DNA of 64,000 bases from Eledone cirrhosa (taxonomy: Eukaryota): contig OZ024759.1 of assembly GCA_964016885.1 (NCBI GenBank), positions 2,976,001 to 3,040,000 on the forward strand, written 5' to 3'. Under the pieces are notes generated by a model that had not been told where the DNA came from, searched no databases, and was given only the letters and a program-made list of their open reading frames with translations. Position 1 is the first letter of the stretch; each line of letters opens with the position of its first letter. Both the position numbers and the translations under genes were made by a program. Positions 51,801 to 64,000 of this stretch are shown here, one piece after another.

Positions 51801-54800
51801 ATATAGTGTAGTGTAGTCTAGTGTGGTGTGATATAGTGTACTGTAGTTTAGTATGGTGTGATATAGTGTACTGTAGTCTAGTATGGTGTGATATAGTGTA
51901 CTGTAGTCTAGTGTGGTGTGATATAGTGTACTGTAGTCTAATGTGGTGTGATACAGTGTACTGTAGTCTAATGAGGTGTGATATAGTGTACTGTAGTCTA
52001 ATGTGGTGTGATATAGTTTACTGCAATCTAGTGTGGTGTGATATAGTGTACTGTAGTCTAGTGTGGTGTGATTTAGTGTACTGTAGTCCAGTGTGGTGTG
52101 ATATACTTTACTGCAATCTAGTGTGTTGTGATATAGTGTACTGTAGTCTAGTGTGGTGTAATATAGTGTACTGTAGTCCAATGTGGTGTGATATAGTGTA
52201 CTGTAGTCTAGTGTGGTGTGATATAGTGTACTGTAGTCCAATGTGGTGTGATATAGTGTACTGTAGTCTAGTGTGGTGTGATATAGTGTACTGTAGTCCA
52301 ATGTGGTGTGATATTGTAGTCTAACGTGGTGTGATATAGTGTACTGTAGTCCAGTGTGGTGTGATATAGTGTACTGTATTCTAGTGTGGTGTGATATAGT
52401 GTACTGTACTCCAGTGTGGTGTGATATAGAGTACTGTAGTCTAATGTGGTGTGATAAAATGTACTGTAGTCCAATGTTGTGACATAGTGTACTGTAGTCC
52501 AATGTGGTGTGATATAGCGTACTGTAGTCTAATGTGAAGTGATATAGAGCAATGTAGTCTAGTGTGGTGTGATATAGTGTACTGTAGTCTAGTGTGGTGT
52601 GATATAGTGTACTGCAGTCTCATGTGGTGTGATATAGTGTACTGTGTTCAAATGTGTCGTGATATAGTGTACTGTAGTCTAGTGTGGTGTGATATAGTGT
52701 ACTGTAGTATAGTGTGGTGTGATATAGTGTACTATTATCTAATGTGGTGTGGTAAAATCTAGTGTATTCTAGTGTGGTGTGATAGTGTACTGTAGTCTAG
52801 TGTGGTGTGATATAGTGTACTGCAGTAGTGTGGTGTGATATTGTGTACTGTAGTCTAGTGTGGTGTGATATTGTGTACTGTATGCTAGTGTGATGTGATA
52901 TAGTGTACTGTAGTCTAGTGTGGTGTGATATAGTGTACTGTAGTCTAGTGTGGTGTGATATAGTGTACTGTAGTCCAGTGTGGTGTGATATAGTGTACTG
53001 TTATCTAGTGTGGTGTGATATAGTGTACTGTAGTCCAGTGTGGTGTGATATAGTGTACTGTAGTCCAGTGTGGTGTGATATAGTTTACTGCAATCTAGTG
53101 TGGTGTGATATAGTGTACTATAGTCTAGTGTGGTGTGATATAGTGTACTGTAGTCCAGTGTGGTGTGATATAGTTTACTGCAATCTAGTGTGGTGTGATA
53201 CAGTGTACTGTAGTCTAGTGTGGTGGGATATAGTGTACTGTAGTCTAATGTGGTGTGATATAGTGTACTGAAGTCTAGTGTGGTGTGATATAGTGTACTG
53301 TAGTCTAGTGTGGTGTGATATAGTGTACTGTAGTCCAGTGTGGTTTGATATAGTGTACTGTAGTCTAATGTGGTGTGATATAGTGTACTGTAGTCTAGTG
53401 TGGTGTGATATAGTGTACTGTAGTCTAGTGTGGTGTGATATAGTGTACTGTAGTCTAGTGTGGTGTGATATAGTGTACTGTAGTCTAGTGTGGTGTGATA
53501 TAGTGTACTGTAGTCTAATCTGGTGTGATATAGTGTACTGTAGTCTAGTGTGGTGTGATATAGTGTACTGTAGTCTAGTGTGGTGTGATATTGTGTACCG
53601 TAGTCTAGTGTGGTGTGATATAGTGTACAGTAGTATAATGTGGTGTGATATAGTGTACTGTAGTCTAGTGTGGTGTGATATAGTGCACTGTAGTCAAGTG
53701 TGGTGTGATATAGCGTACTGTAGTCTAGTGTGGTGTGATATAGTGTACTGTAGTCTAATGTGGTGTGATATAGTGTACTGTAGTTTAGTGTGGTGTGATA
53801 TAGTGTACTGTAGTCTAGTGTGGTGTGATATAGTGTACTGTAGTCTCATGTGGTGTGATATAATGTACTGTAGTCTAGTATGGTGTGATATAGTGTACTG
53901 TAGTCCAATGTGGTGTGATATAGTGCACTGTAGTCAAGTGTGGTGTGATATAGTGCACTGTAGTCAAGTGTGGTGTGATATAGTGTACTGTAGTCTAGTG
54001 TGGTGTGATATAGTGTACTGTAGTCTAGTGTGGTGTGATATAGTGTACTGTAGTCCACTGTGGTGTGATATAGTGTACTGTAGTCTAGGGTGGTGTGATA
54101 TAGTGTACTGTAGTCCAGTGTGGTGTGATATATTTTACTGCAATCTAGTGTGGTGTGATATAATGTACTGTAGTCTAGAGTGGTGGGATATAGTGTACTG
54201 TAGTCTAATGTGGTTTGATATAGTGTACTGAAGTCTAGTGTGGTGTGATATAGTGTACTGTAGTCTAATGTGGTGTGATATAGTGTACTGAAGTCTAGTG
54301 TGGTGTGATATAGTGTACTGTAGTCTAATGTGGTGTGATATAGTGTACTGTAGTCCAGTGTGGTGTGATATAGTGTACTGTAGTGTAGTGGGGTGTGATA
54401 TAATGTATTGTAGTCCAGTGTGGTGTGATATAGTGTACTGTAGTCTAATGTGGTGTGATATAGTGTACTGTAGTCCAGTGTGGTGTGATATAGTGTACTG
54501 TAATCTAGTGTGGTGTGATATAGTGTACTGTAGTCCAGTGTGGTGTGATATAGTGTACTGTAGTCTAATGTGGTGTAATATAGTGTACTGTAGTCTAGTG
54601 TGGTGTGATATAGTGTACTGTAGTCTAGTGTGGTGTGATATAGTGTACTGTAGTCTAGTGTGGTGTGATATAGTGTACTGTAGTCTGGTGTGGTGTGATA
54701 TAGTGTACTGTAGTCTAGTGTGGTGTGATATAGTGTACTGTAGTCTAGTGTGGTGTGATATAGTGTACTTCAGTTTAGTATGGTGTGATATAGTGTACTG

Positions 54801-57800
54801 CAGTCTAGTGTGGTGTGATATAGTGTACTGTAGTCTAATGTGGTGTGATATAGTGTACTGTAGTCTAGTATGGTGTGATATAGTGTACTGTAGTCCAATG
54901 TGGTGTGATATAGTGTACTGTAGTCTAGTGTGGTGTGATATAGTGTACTGTAGTCCAATGTGGTGATATAGTGTACTGTAGTCTAGTGTGGTGTGATATA
55001 GTGTACTGTAGTCCAATGTGGTGTGATATTGTAGTCTAACGTGGTGTGATATAGTGTACTGTAGTCCAGTGTGGTGTGATATAGTGTACTGTAGTCTAGT
55101 GTGGTGTGATATAGTGTACTGTACTCCAGTGTGGTGTGATATAGAGTACTGTAGTCTAATGTGGTGTGATAAAATGTACTGTAGTCCAATGTTGTGACAT
55201 AGTGTACTGTAGTCCAATGTGGTGTGATATAGCGTACTGTAGTCTAATGTGAAGTGATATAGAGCAATGTAGTCTAGTGTGGTGTGATATAGTGTACTGT
55301 AGTCTAGTGTGGTGTGATATAGTGTACTGCAGTCTCATGTGGTGTGATATAGTGTACTGTATTCAAATGTGTCGTGATATAGTGTACTGTAGTCTAGTGT
55401 GGTGTGATATAGTGTACTGTAGTATAGTGTGGTGTGATATAGTGTACTATTATCTAATGTGGTGTGGTAAAATCTAGTGTATTCTAGTGTGGTGTGATAG
55501 TGTACTCTAGTCTAGTGTGGTGTGATATAGTGTACTGCAGTAGTGTGGTGTGATATTGTGTACTGTAGTCTAGTGTGGTGTGATATTGTGTACTGTATGC
55601 TAGTGTGATGTGATATAGTGTACTGTAGTCTAGTGTGGTGTGATATAGTGTACTGTAGTCTAGTGTGGTGTGATATAGTGTACTGTAGTCCAGTGTGGTG
55701 TGATATAGTGTACTGTTATCTAGTGTGGTGTGATATAGTGTACTGTAGTCCAGTGTGGTGTGATATAGTGTACTGTAGTCCAGTGTGGTGTGATATAGTT
55801 TACTGCAATCTAGTGTGGTGTGATATAGTGTACTATAGTCTAGTGTGGTGTGATATAGTGTACTGTAGTCCAGTGTGGTGTGATATAGTTTACTGCAATC
55901 TAGTGTGGTGTGATACAGTGTACTGTAGTCTAGTGTGGTGGGATATAGTGTACTGTAGTCTAATGTGGTGTGATATAGTGTACTGAAGTCTAGTGTGGTG
56001 TGATATAGTGTACTGTAGTCTAGTGTGGTGTGATATAGTGTACTGTAGTCTAGTGTGGTGTGATATAGTGTACTGTAGTCTAATGTGGTGTGATATAGTG
56101 TACTGTAGTCTAGTGTGGTGTGATATAGTGTACTGTAGTTCAGTGTGGTTTGATATAGTGTACTGTAGTCTAATGTGGTGTGATATAGTGTACTGTAGTC
56201 TAGTGTGGTGTGATATAGTGTACTGTAGTCTAGTGTGGTGTGATATGGTGTACTGTAGTCTAGTGTGGTGTGATATAGTGTACTGTAGTCTAGTGTGGTG
56301 TGATATAGTGTACTGTAGTCTAATCTGGTGTGATATAGTGTACTGTAGTCTAGTGTGGTGTGATATAGTGTACTGTAGTCTAGTGTGGTGTGATATTGTG
56401 TACCGTAGTCTAGTGTGGTGTGATATAGTGTACAGTAGTATAATGTGGTGTGATATAGTGTACTGTAGTCTAGTGTGGTGTGATATAGTGCACTGTAGTC
56501 AAGTGTGGTGTGATATAGCGTACTGTAGTCTAGTGTGGTGTGATATAGTGTACTGTAGTCTAATGTGGTGTGATATAGTGTACTGTAGTTTAGTGTGGTG
56601 TGATATAGTGTACTGTAGTCTAGTGTGGTGTGATATAATGTACTGTAGTCTAGTGTGGTGTGATATAGTGTACTGTAGTCTAGTGTGGTATGATATAGTG
56701 TACTGTAGTCTAGTGTGGTGTGATATAGTGTACTGTAGTCCACTGTGGTGTGATATAGTGTACTGTAGTCTAGGGTGGTGTGATATAGTGTACTGTAGTC
56801 CAGTGTGGTGTGATATATTTTACTGCAATCTAGTGTGGTGTGATATAATGTACTGTAGTCTAGAGTGGTGGGATATAGTGTACTGTAGTCTAATGTGGTT
56901 TGATATAGTGTACTGAAGTCTAGTGTGGTGTGATATAGTGTACTGTAGTCTAATGTGGTGTGATATAGTGTACTGAAGTCTAGTGTGGTGTGATATAGTG
57001 TACTGTAGTCTAATGTGGTGTGATATAGTGTACTGTAGTCCAGTGTGGTGTGATATAGTGTACTGTAGTGTAGTGGGGTGTGATATAATTTATTGTAGTC
57101 CAGTGTGGTGTGATATAGTGTACTGTAGTCTAATGTGGTGTGATATAGTGTACTGTAGTCCAGTGTGGTGTGATATAGTGTACTGTAATCTAGTGTGGTG
57201 TGATATAGTGTACTGTAGTCCAGTGTGGTGTGATATAGTGTACTGTAGTCTAATGTGGTGTAATATAGTGTACTGTAGTCTAGTGTGGTGTGATATAGTG
57301 TACTGTAGTCTAGTGTGGTGTGATATAGTGTACTGTAGTCTAGTGTGGTGTGATATAGTGTACTGTAGTCTGGTGTGGTGTGATATAGTGTACTGTAGTC
57401 TAGTGTGGTGTGATATAGTGTACTGTAGTCTAGTGTGGTGTGATATAGTGTACTTCAGTTTAGTATGGTGTGATATAGTGTACTGCAGTCTAGTGTGGTG
57501 TGATATAGTGTACTGTAGTCTAATGTGGTGTGATATAGTGTACTGTAGTCTAGTATGGTGTGATATAGTGTACTGTAGTCCAATGTGGTGTGATATAGTG
57601 TACTGTAGTCTAGTGTGGTGTGATATAGTGTACTGTAGTCCAATGTGGTGTGATATAGTGTACTGTCGTCTAGTCTTGTGTGATATAGTGTACTGTAGTC
57701 TAGTGTAGTGTGATATAGTGTACTGTAGTCTAGTGTTGTGTGATATAGTGTACTGTAGTCCAATGTGGTGTGATATAGTGTACTGTAGTCTAGTGTGGTG

Positions 57801-60800
57801 TGATATAGTGTACTGTAGTCCAATGTGGTGTGATATTGTAGTCTAACGTGGTGTGATATAGTGTACTGTAGTCCAGTGTGGTGTGATATAGTGTACTGTA
57901 GTCTAGTGTGGTGTGATATAGTGTACTGTACTCCAGTGTGGCGTGATATAGAGTACTGTAGTCTAATGTGGTGTGATAAAATGTACTGTAGTCCAATGTT
58001 GTGACATAGTGTACTGTAGTCCAATGTGGTGTGATATAGCGTACTGTAGTCTAATGTGAAGTGATATAGAGCAATGTAGTCTAGTGTGGTGTGATATAGT
58101 GTACTGTAGTCTAGTGTGGTGTGATATAGTGTACTGCAGTCTCATGTGGTGTGATATAGTGTACTGTATTCAAATGTGTCGTGATATAGTGTACTGTAGT
58201 CTAGTGTGGTGTGATATAGTGTACTGTAGTCTAGTGTGGTGTGATATAGTGTACTGCAGTCTAGTGTGGTGTGATATTGTGTACTGTATGCTAGTGTGAT
58301 GTGATATAGTGTACTGTAGTCTAGTGTGGTGTGATATAGTGTACTGTAGTCTAGTGTGGTGTGATATAGTGTACTGTAGTCCAATGTGGTGTGATATAGT
58401 GTACTGTTATCTAGTGTGGTGTGATATAGTGTACTGTAGTCCAGTGTGGTGTGATATAGTGTACTGTAGTCCAGTGTGGTGTGATATAGTTTACTGCAAT
58501 CTAGTGTGGTGTGATATAGTGTACTATAGTCTAGTGTGGTGTGATATAGTGTACTGTAGTCCAGTGTGGTGTGATATAGTTTACTGCAATCTAGTGTGGT
58601 GTGATATAGTGTACTGTAGTCTAGTGTGGTGGGATATAGTGTACTGTAGTCTAATGTGGTGTGATATAGTGTACTGAAGTCTAGTGTGGTGTGATATAGT
58701 GTACTGTAGTCTAGTGTGGTGTGATATAGTGTACTGTAGTCCAGTGTGGTTTGATATAGTGTACTGTAGTCTAATGTGGTGTGATATAGTGTACTGTAGT
58801 CTAGTGTGGTGTGATATAGTGTACTGTAGTCTAGTGTGGTGTGATATAGTGTACTGTAGTCTAGTGTGGTGTGATATAGTGTACTGTAGTCTAGTGTGGT
58901 GTGATATAGTGTACTGTAGTCTAATCTGGTGTGATATAGTGTACTGTAGTCTAGTGTGGTGTGATATAGTGTACTGTAGTCTAGTGTGGTGTGATATTGT
59001 GTACCGTAGTCTAGTGTGGTGTGATATAGTGTACTGTAGTATAATGTGGTGTGATATAGTGTACTGTAGTCTAGTGTGGTGTGATATAGTGTACTGTAGT
59101 CTAGTGTGGTGTGATATTGTGTACCGTAGTCTAGTGTGGTGTGATATAGTGTACTGTAGTCCAATGTGGTGTGATATAGTGTACTGTAGTCCAATGTGGT
59201 GTGATATAGTGTACTGTAGTCCAGTGTGGTGTGATATAGTGTACTGTAGTCCAGTGTGGTGTGATATAGTTTACTGCAATCTAGTGTGGTGTGATATAGT
59301 GTACTGTAGTCTAGTGTGGTGTGATATAGTGTACTGTAGTCTAATGTGGTGTGATATAGTGTACTGTAGTCTAGTGTGGTGTGATATAGTGTACTGTAGT
59401 CTAGTGTGGTGTGATATAGTGTACTGTAGTCTAGTGTGGTGTGATATAGTGTACTGTAGTCTAGTGTGGTGTGATATAGTGTACTGTAGTCCAATGTGGT
59501 GTGATATAGTGTACTGTAGTTTAGTATGGTGTGATATAGTGTACTGTAGTCTAGTGTGGTGTGATATAGTGTACTGTAGTCTAGTGTGGTGTGATATAGT
59601 GTACTGCAGTCTAGTGTGGTGTGATATAGTGTACTGTAGTTTAGTGTGGTGTGATATAGTGTACTGTAGTCTAGTGTGGTGTGATATAGTGTACTGTAGT
59701 CTCATGTGGTGTGATATAATGTACTGTAGTCTAGTATGGTGTGATATAGTGTACTGTAGTCCAATGTGGTGTGATATAGTGTACTGTAGTTTAGTGTGGT
59801 GTGATATGGTGTACTGTAGTGTAGTGTGGTGTGATATAGTGTACTGTAGTCAAGTGCGGTGTAATATAGTGCACTGTAGTCTAGTGTGGTGTGATATAGT
59901 GTACTGTAGTCTAGTGTCGTGTGATATAGTGTACTGCAGTCTCATGTGGTGTGATATAGTGTACTGTAGTCAAATGTGGTGTGATATAGTGTACTGTAGT
60001 CTAGTGTGGTGTGATATAGTGTACTGTAGTTTAGTGTTGTGTGATATAGTGTACTGTAGTCTAGTGTGGTGTGATATAGTGTACTGTAGTCCAGTCTGGT
60101 GTGATATAGTTTACTGCAATCTAGTGTGGTGTGATATAGTGTACTGTAGTCTAGTGTGGTGGGATATAGTGTACTGTAGTCTAATGTGGTGTGATATAGT
60201 GTACTGTAGTCAAATGTGGTGTGATATAGTGTACTGTAGTCTAATGTGGTGTGATATAGTGTACTGAAGTCTAGTGTGGTGTGATATAGTGTACTGTAGT
60301 CCAATGTGGTGTGATATAGTGTACTGTAGTCTAATGTGGTGTGATATAGTGTACTGAAGTCTAGTTTGGCGTGATATAGTGTACTGTAGTCCAATGTGGT
60401 GTGATATAGTGTACTGTAGTCCAATGTGGTGTGATATAGTGTACTGTAGTCCAGTGTGGTGTGATATAGTGTACTGTAGTCAAGTGTGGTGTGATATAGT
60501 GTACTGTAGTCTAGTGTGGTGTGATATAGTGTACTGTAGTCAAGTGTGGTGTGATATAGTTTACTGCAATCTAGTGTGGTGTGATATAGTGTACTGTAGT
60601 CTAGTGTGGTGTGATATAGTGTACTGTAGTCTAATGTGGTGTGATATAGTTTACTGTAGTCTAATGTGGTGTGATATAGTGTACTGTAGTCTAGTGTGGT
60701 GTGATATAGTGTACTGTAGTCTAGTGTGGTGTGATATAGTGTACTGTAGTCTAGTGTGGTGTATATATAGTGTACTGTAGTCCAGTGTGGTGTGATATAG

Positions 60801-63800
60801 TGTACTGTAGTCTAATGTGGTGTGATATAGTGTACTGTAGTCCTGTGTGGTGTGATATAGTGTACTGTAGTGTAGTGTGGTGTGATATAATGTATTGTAG
60901 TCCAGTGTGGTGTGATATAGTGTACTGTAGTCTAATGTGGTGTGATATAGTGTACTGTAGTCCAGTGTGGTGTGATATAGTGTACTGTAGTCCAATGTGG
61001 TGTGATATAGTGTACTGTAGTCTAGTGTGGTGTGATATAGTGTACTGTAGTCCAGTGTGGTGTGATATAGTGTACTGCAGTCTAGTGTGGTTTGATATAG
61101 TGTACTGTAGTCTAATGTGGTGTGATATAGTGTACTGTAGTCTAGTGTGGTGTGATATAGTGTACTGTAGTCTAGTGTGGTGTGATATAGTGTACTGTAG
61201 TCTAGTGTGGTGTGATATAGTGTACTGTAGTCTAGTGTGGTGTGATATAGTGTACTGTAGTCTAGTGTGGTGTGATATAGTGTACTGTAGTCCAATGTGG
61301 TGTGATATACTTTACTGCAATCTAGTGTGTTGTGATATAGTGTACTGTAGTCTAGTGTGGTGTAATATAGTGTACTGTAGTCCAATGTGGTGTGATATAG
61401 TGTACTGTAGTCTAGTGTGGTGTGATATAGTGTACTGTAGTCCAATGTGGTGTGATATAGTGTACTGAAGTCTAGTGTGGTGTGATATAGTGTACTGTAG
61501 TCCAATGTGGTGTGATATTGTAGTCTAACGTGGTGTGATATAGTGTACTGTAGTCCAGTGTGGTGTGATATAGTGTACTGTAGTCTAGTGTGGTGTGATA
61601 TAGTGTACTGTACTCCAGTGTGGTGTGATATAGAGTACTGTAGTCTAATGTGGTGTGATAAAATGTACTGTAGTCCAATGTTGTGACATAGTGTACTGTA
61701 GTCCAATGTGGTGTGATATAGCGTACTGTAGTCTAATGTGAAGTGATATAGAGCAATGTAGTCTAGTGTGGTGTGATATAGTGTACTGTAGTCTAGTGTG
61801 GTGTGATATAGTGTACTGCAGTCTCATGTGGTGTGATATAGTGTACTGTATTCAAATGTGTCGTGATCTAGTGTACTGTAGTCCAGTGTGGTGTGATATA
61901 GTGTACTGTAGTCCAATGTGGTGTGATATAGTGTACTGTAGTCTAGTGTGGTGTGATATAGTGTACTGTAGTCCAGTGTGGTGTGATATAGTGTACTGCA
62001 GTCTAGTGTGGTGTGATATAGTGTACTGTAGTCTAATGTGGTGTGATATAGTGTACTGTAGTCTAGTGTGGTGTGATATAGTGTACTGTAGTCCAGTCTG
62101 GTGTGATATAGTGTACTGTTATCTAGTGTGGTGTGATATAGTGTACTGTAGTCCAGTGTGGTGTGATATAGTGTACTGTAGTCCAGTGTGGTGTGATATA
62201 GTTTACTGCAATCTAGTGTGGTGTGATATAGTGTACTATAGTCTAGTGTGGTGTGATATAGTGTACTGTAGTCCAGTGTGGTTTGATATAGTTTACTGCA
62301 ATCTAGTGTGGTGTGATACAGTGTACTGTAGTCTAGTGTGGTGGGATATAGTGTACTGTAGTCTAATGTGGTGTGATATAGTGTACTGAAGTCTAGTGTG
62401 GTGTGATATAGTGTACTGTAGTCTAGTGTGGTGTGATATAGTGTACTGTAGTCCAGTGTGGTTTGATATAGTGTACTGTAGTCTAATGTGGTGTGATATA
62501 GTGTACTGTAGTCTAGTGTGGTGTGATATAGTGTACTGTAGTCTAGTGTGGTGTGATATAGTGTACTGTCGTCTAGTGTGGTGTGATATAGTGTACTGTA
62601 GTCTAGTGTGGTGTGATATAGTGTACTGTAGTCTAATCTGGTGTGATATAGTGTACTGTAGTCTAGTGTGGTGTGATATAGTGTACTGTAGTCTAGTGTG
62701 GTGTGATATTGTGTACCGTAGTCTAGTGTGGTGTGATATAGTGTACAGTAGTATAATGTGGTGTGATATAGTGTACTGTAGTCTAGTGTGGTGTGATATA
62801 GTGCACTGTAGTCAAGTGTGGTGTGATATAGCGTACTGTAGTCTAGTGTGGTGTGATATAGTGTACTGTAGACTAATGTGGTGTGATATAGTGTACTGTA
62901 GTTTAGTGTGGTGTGATATAGTGTACTGTAGTCTAGTGTGGTGTGATATAGTGTACTGTAGTCTCATATGGTGTGATATAATGTACTGTAGTCTAGTATG
63001 GTGTGATATAGTGTACTGTAGTCCAATGTGTTTTGATATAGTGTACTGTAGTCTAGTGTGGTGTGATATAGTGTACTGTAGTCAAGTGTGGTGTGATATA
63101 GTGTACTGTAGTCTCATGTGGTGTGATATAATGTACTGTAGTCTAGTATGGTGTGATATAGTGTACTGTAGTCCAATGTGGTGTGATATAGTGCACTGTA
63201 GTCAAGTGTGGTGTGATATAGTGCACTGTAGTCAAGTGTGGTGTGATATAGTGTACTGTAGTCTAGTGTGGTGTGATATAGTGTACTGTAGTCTAGTGTG
63301 GTGTGATATAGTGTACTGTAGTCCACTGTGGTGTGATATAGTGTACTGTAGTCTAGGGTGGTGTGATATAGTGTACTGTAGTCCAGTGTGGTGTGATATA
63401 TTTTACTGCAATCTAGTGTGGTGTGATATAATGTACTGTAGTCTAGAGTGGTGGGATATAGTGTACTGTAGTCTAATGTGGTTTGATATAGTGTACTGAA
63501 GTCTAGTGTGGTGTGATATAGTGTACTGTAGTCTAATGTGGTGTGATATAGTGTACTGAAGTCTAGTGTGGTGTGATATAGTGTACTGTAGTCTAATGTG
63601 GTGTGATATAGTGTACTGAAGTCTAGTGTGGTGTGATATAGTGTACTGTAGTCCAATGTGGTGTGATATAGTGTACTGTAGTCCAATGTGGTGTGATATA
63701 GTGTACTGTAGTCCAGTGTGGTGTGATATAGTGTACTGTAGTCCAGTGTGGTGTGATATAGTTTACTGCAATCTAGTGTGGTGTGATATAGTGTACTGTA

Positions 63801-64000
63801 GTCTAGTGTGGTGTGATATAGTGTACTGTAGTCTAATGTGGTGTGATATAGTGTACTGTAGTCTAATGTGGTGTGATATAGTGTACTGTAGTCTAGTGTG
63901 GTGTGATATAGTGTACTGTAGTCTAGTGTGGTGTGATATAGTGTACTGTAGTCTAGTGTGGTGTGATATAGTGTACTGTAGTCTAGTGTGGTGTGATATA
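36860..64000. repeat. Satellite array of 30-bp monomer agtgtactgtagtctagtgtggtgtgatat, more than 27 kb (about 900 copies), running off the window end
   Basis: Continuous head-to-tail monomers, G/T-rich on the + strand. Recurrent variant blocks define higher-order repeats. Confidence 0.98.

Noticed and set aside
36860-64000. Long ORFs with WCDIVYCSLV, HHTRLQYTIS or TLDYSTLYHT repeats (up to 716 aa)
   Set aside because: These are a by-product of a 30-bp monomer open in several frames on both strands. Stops and frameshifting indels are scattered, and there are no unique flanking domains or splice structure.
36860-64000. CRISPR-like appearance of regular 30-bp repeats
   Set aside because: The monomers are contiguous with no unique spacers and no cas genes, in a eukaryotic context.

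Overview
This is an AT-rich, microsatellite-dense animal genomic window. The repeat content looks cephalopod/octopus-like, which is an inference. From 1 to about 21 kb lie the last coding exons of a SPAG17-like ciliary central-pair gene on the + strand. The exons are small and splice in compatible phase, and one intron has a U12-type (minor spliceosome) GTATCCTTT donor. The introns and flank (to about 36.8 kb) are packed with decayed mobile DNA: several families of Penelope-like elements (RT and GIY-YIG fragments), an RTE-type LINE and its non-autonomous derivatives, tRNA-derived SINEs, Helitron remnants and a Tigger-like MITE. The most striking pattern is about a dozen fold-back (inverted-repeat) insertions of 0.1-3.9 kb. 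Nearly all abut (TA)n tracts, and most carry full or partial minimal type-I hammerhead ribozyme motifs with a palindromic helix III; some have a compensated U3-A8 core. From about 36.86 kb to the end is a more than 27-kb array of a 30-bp satellite built from 5-bp subunits, with layered higher-order repeats (990, 1230, 1290, 2715 and 5713 bp). Most ORFs in the supplied track are microsatellite or satellite artefacts. Element boundaries were read by eye and are approximate.
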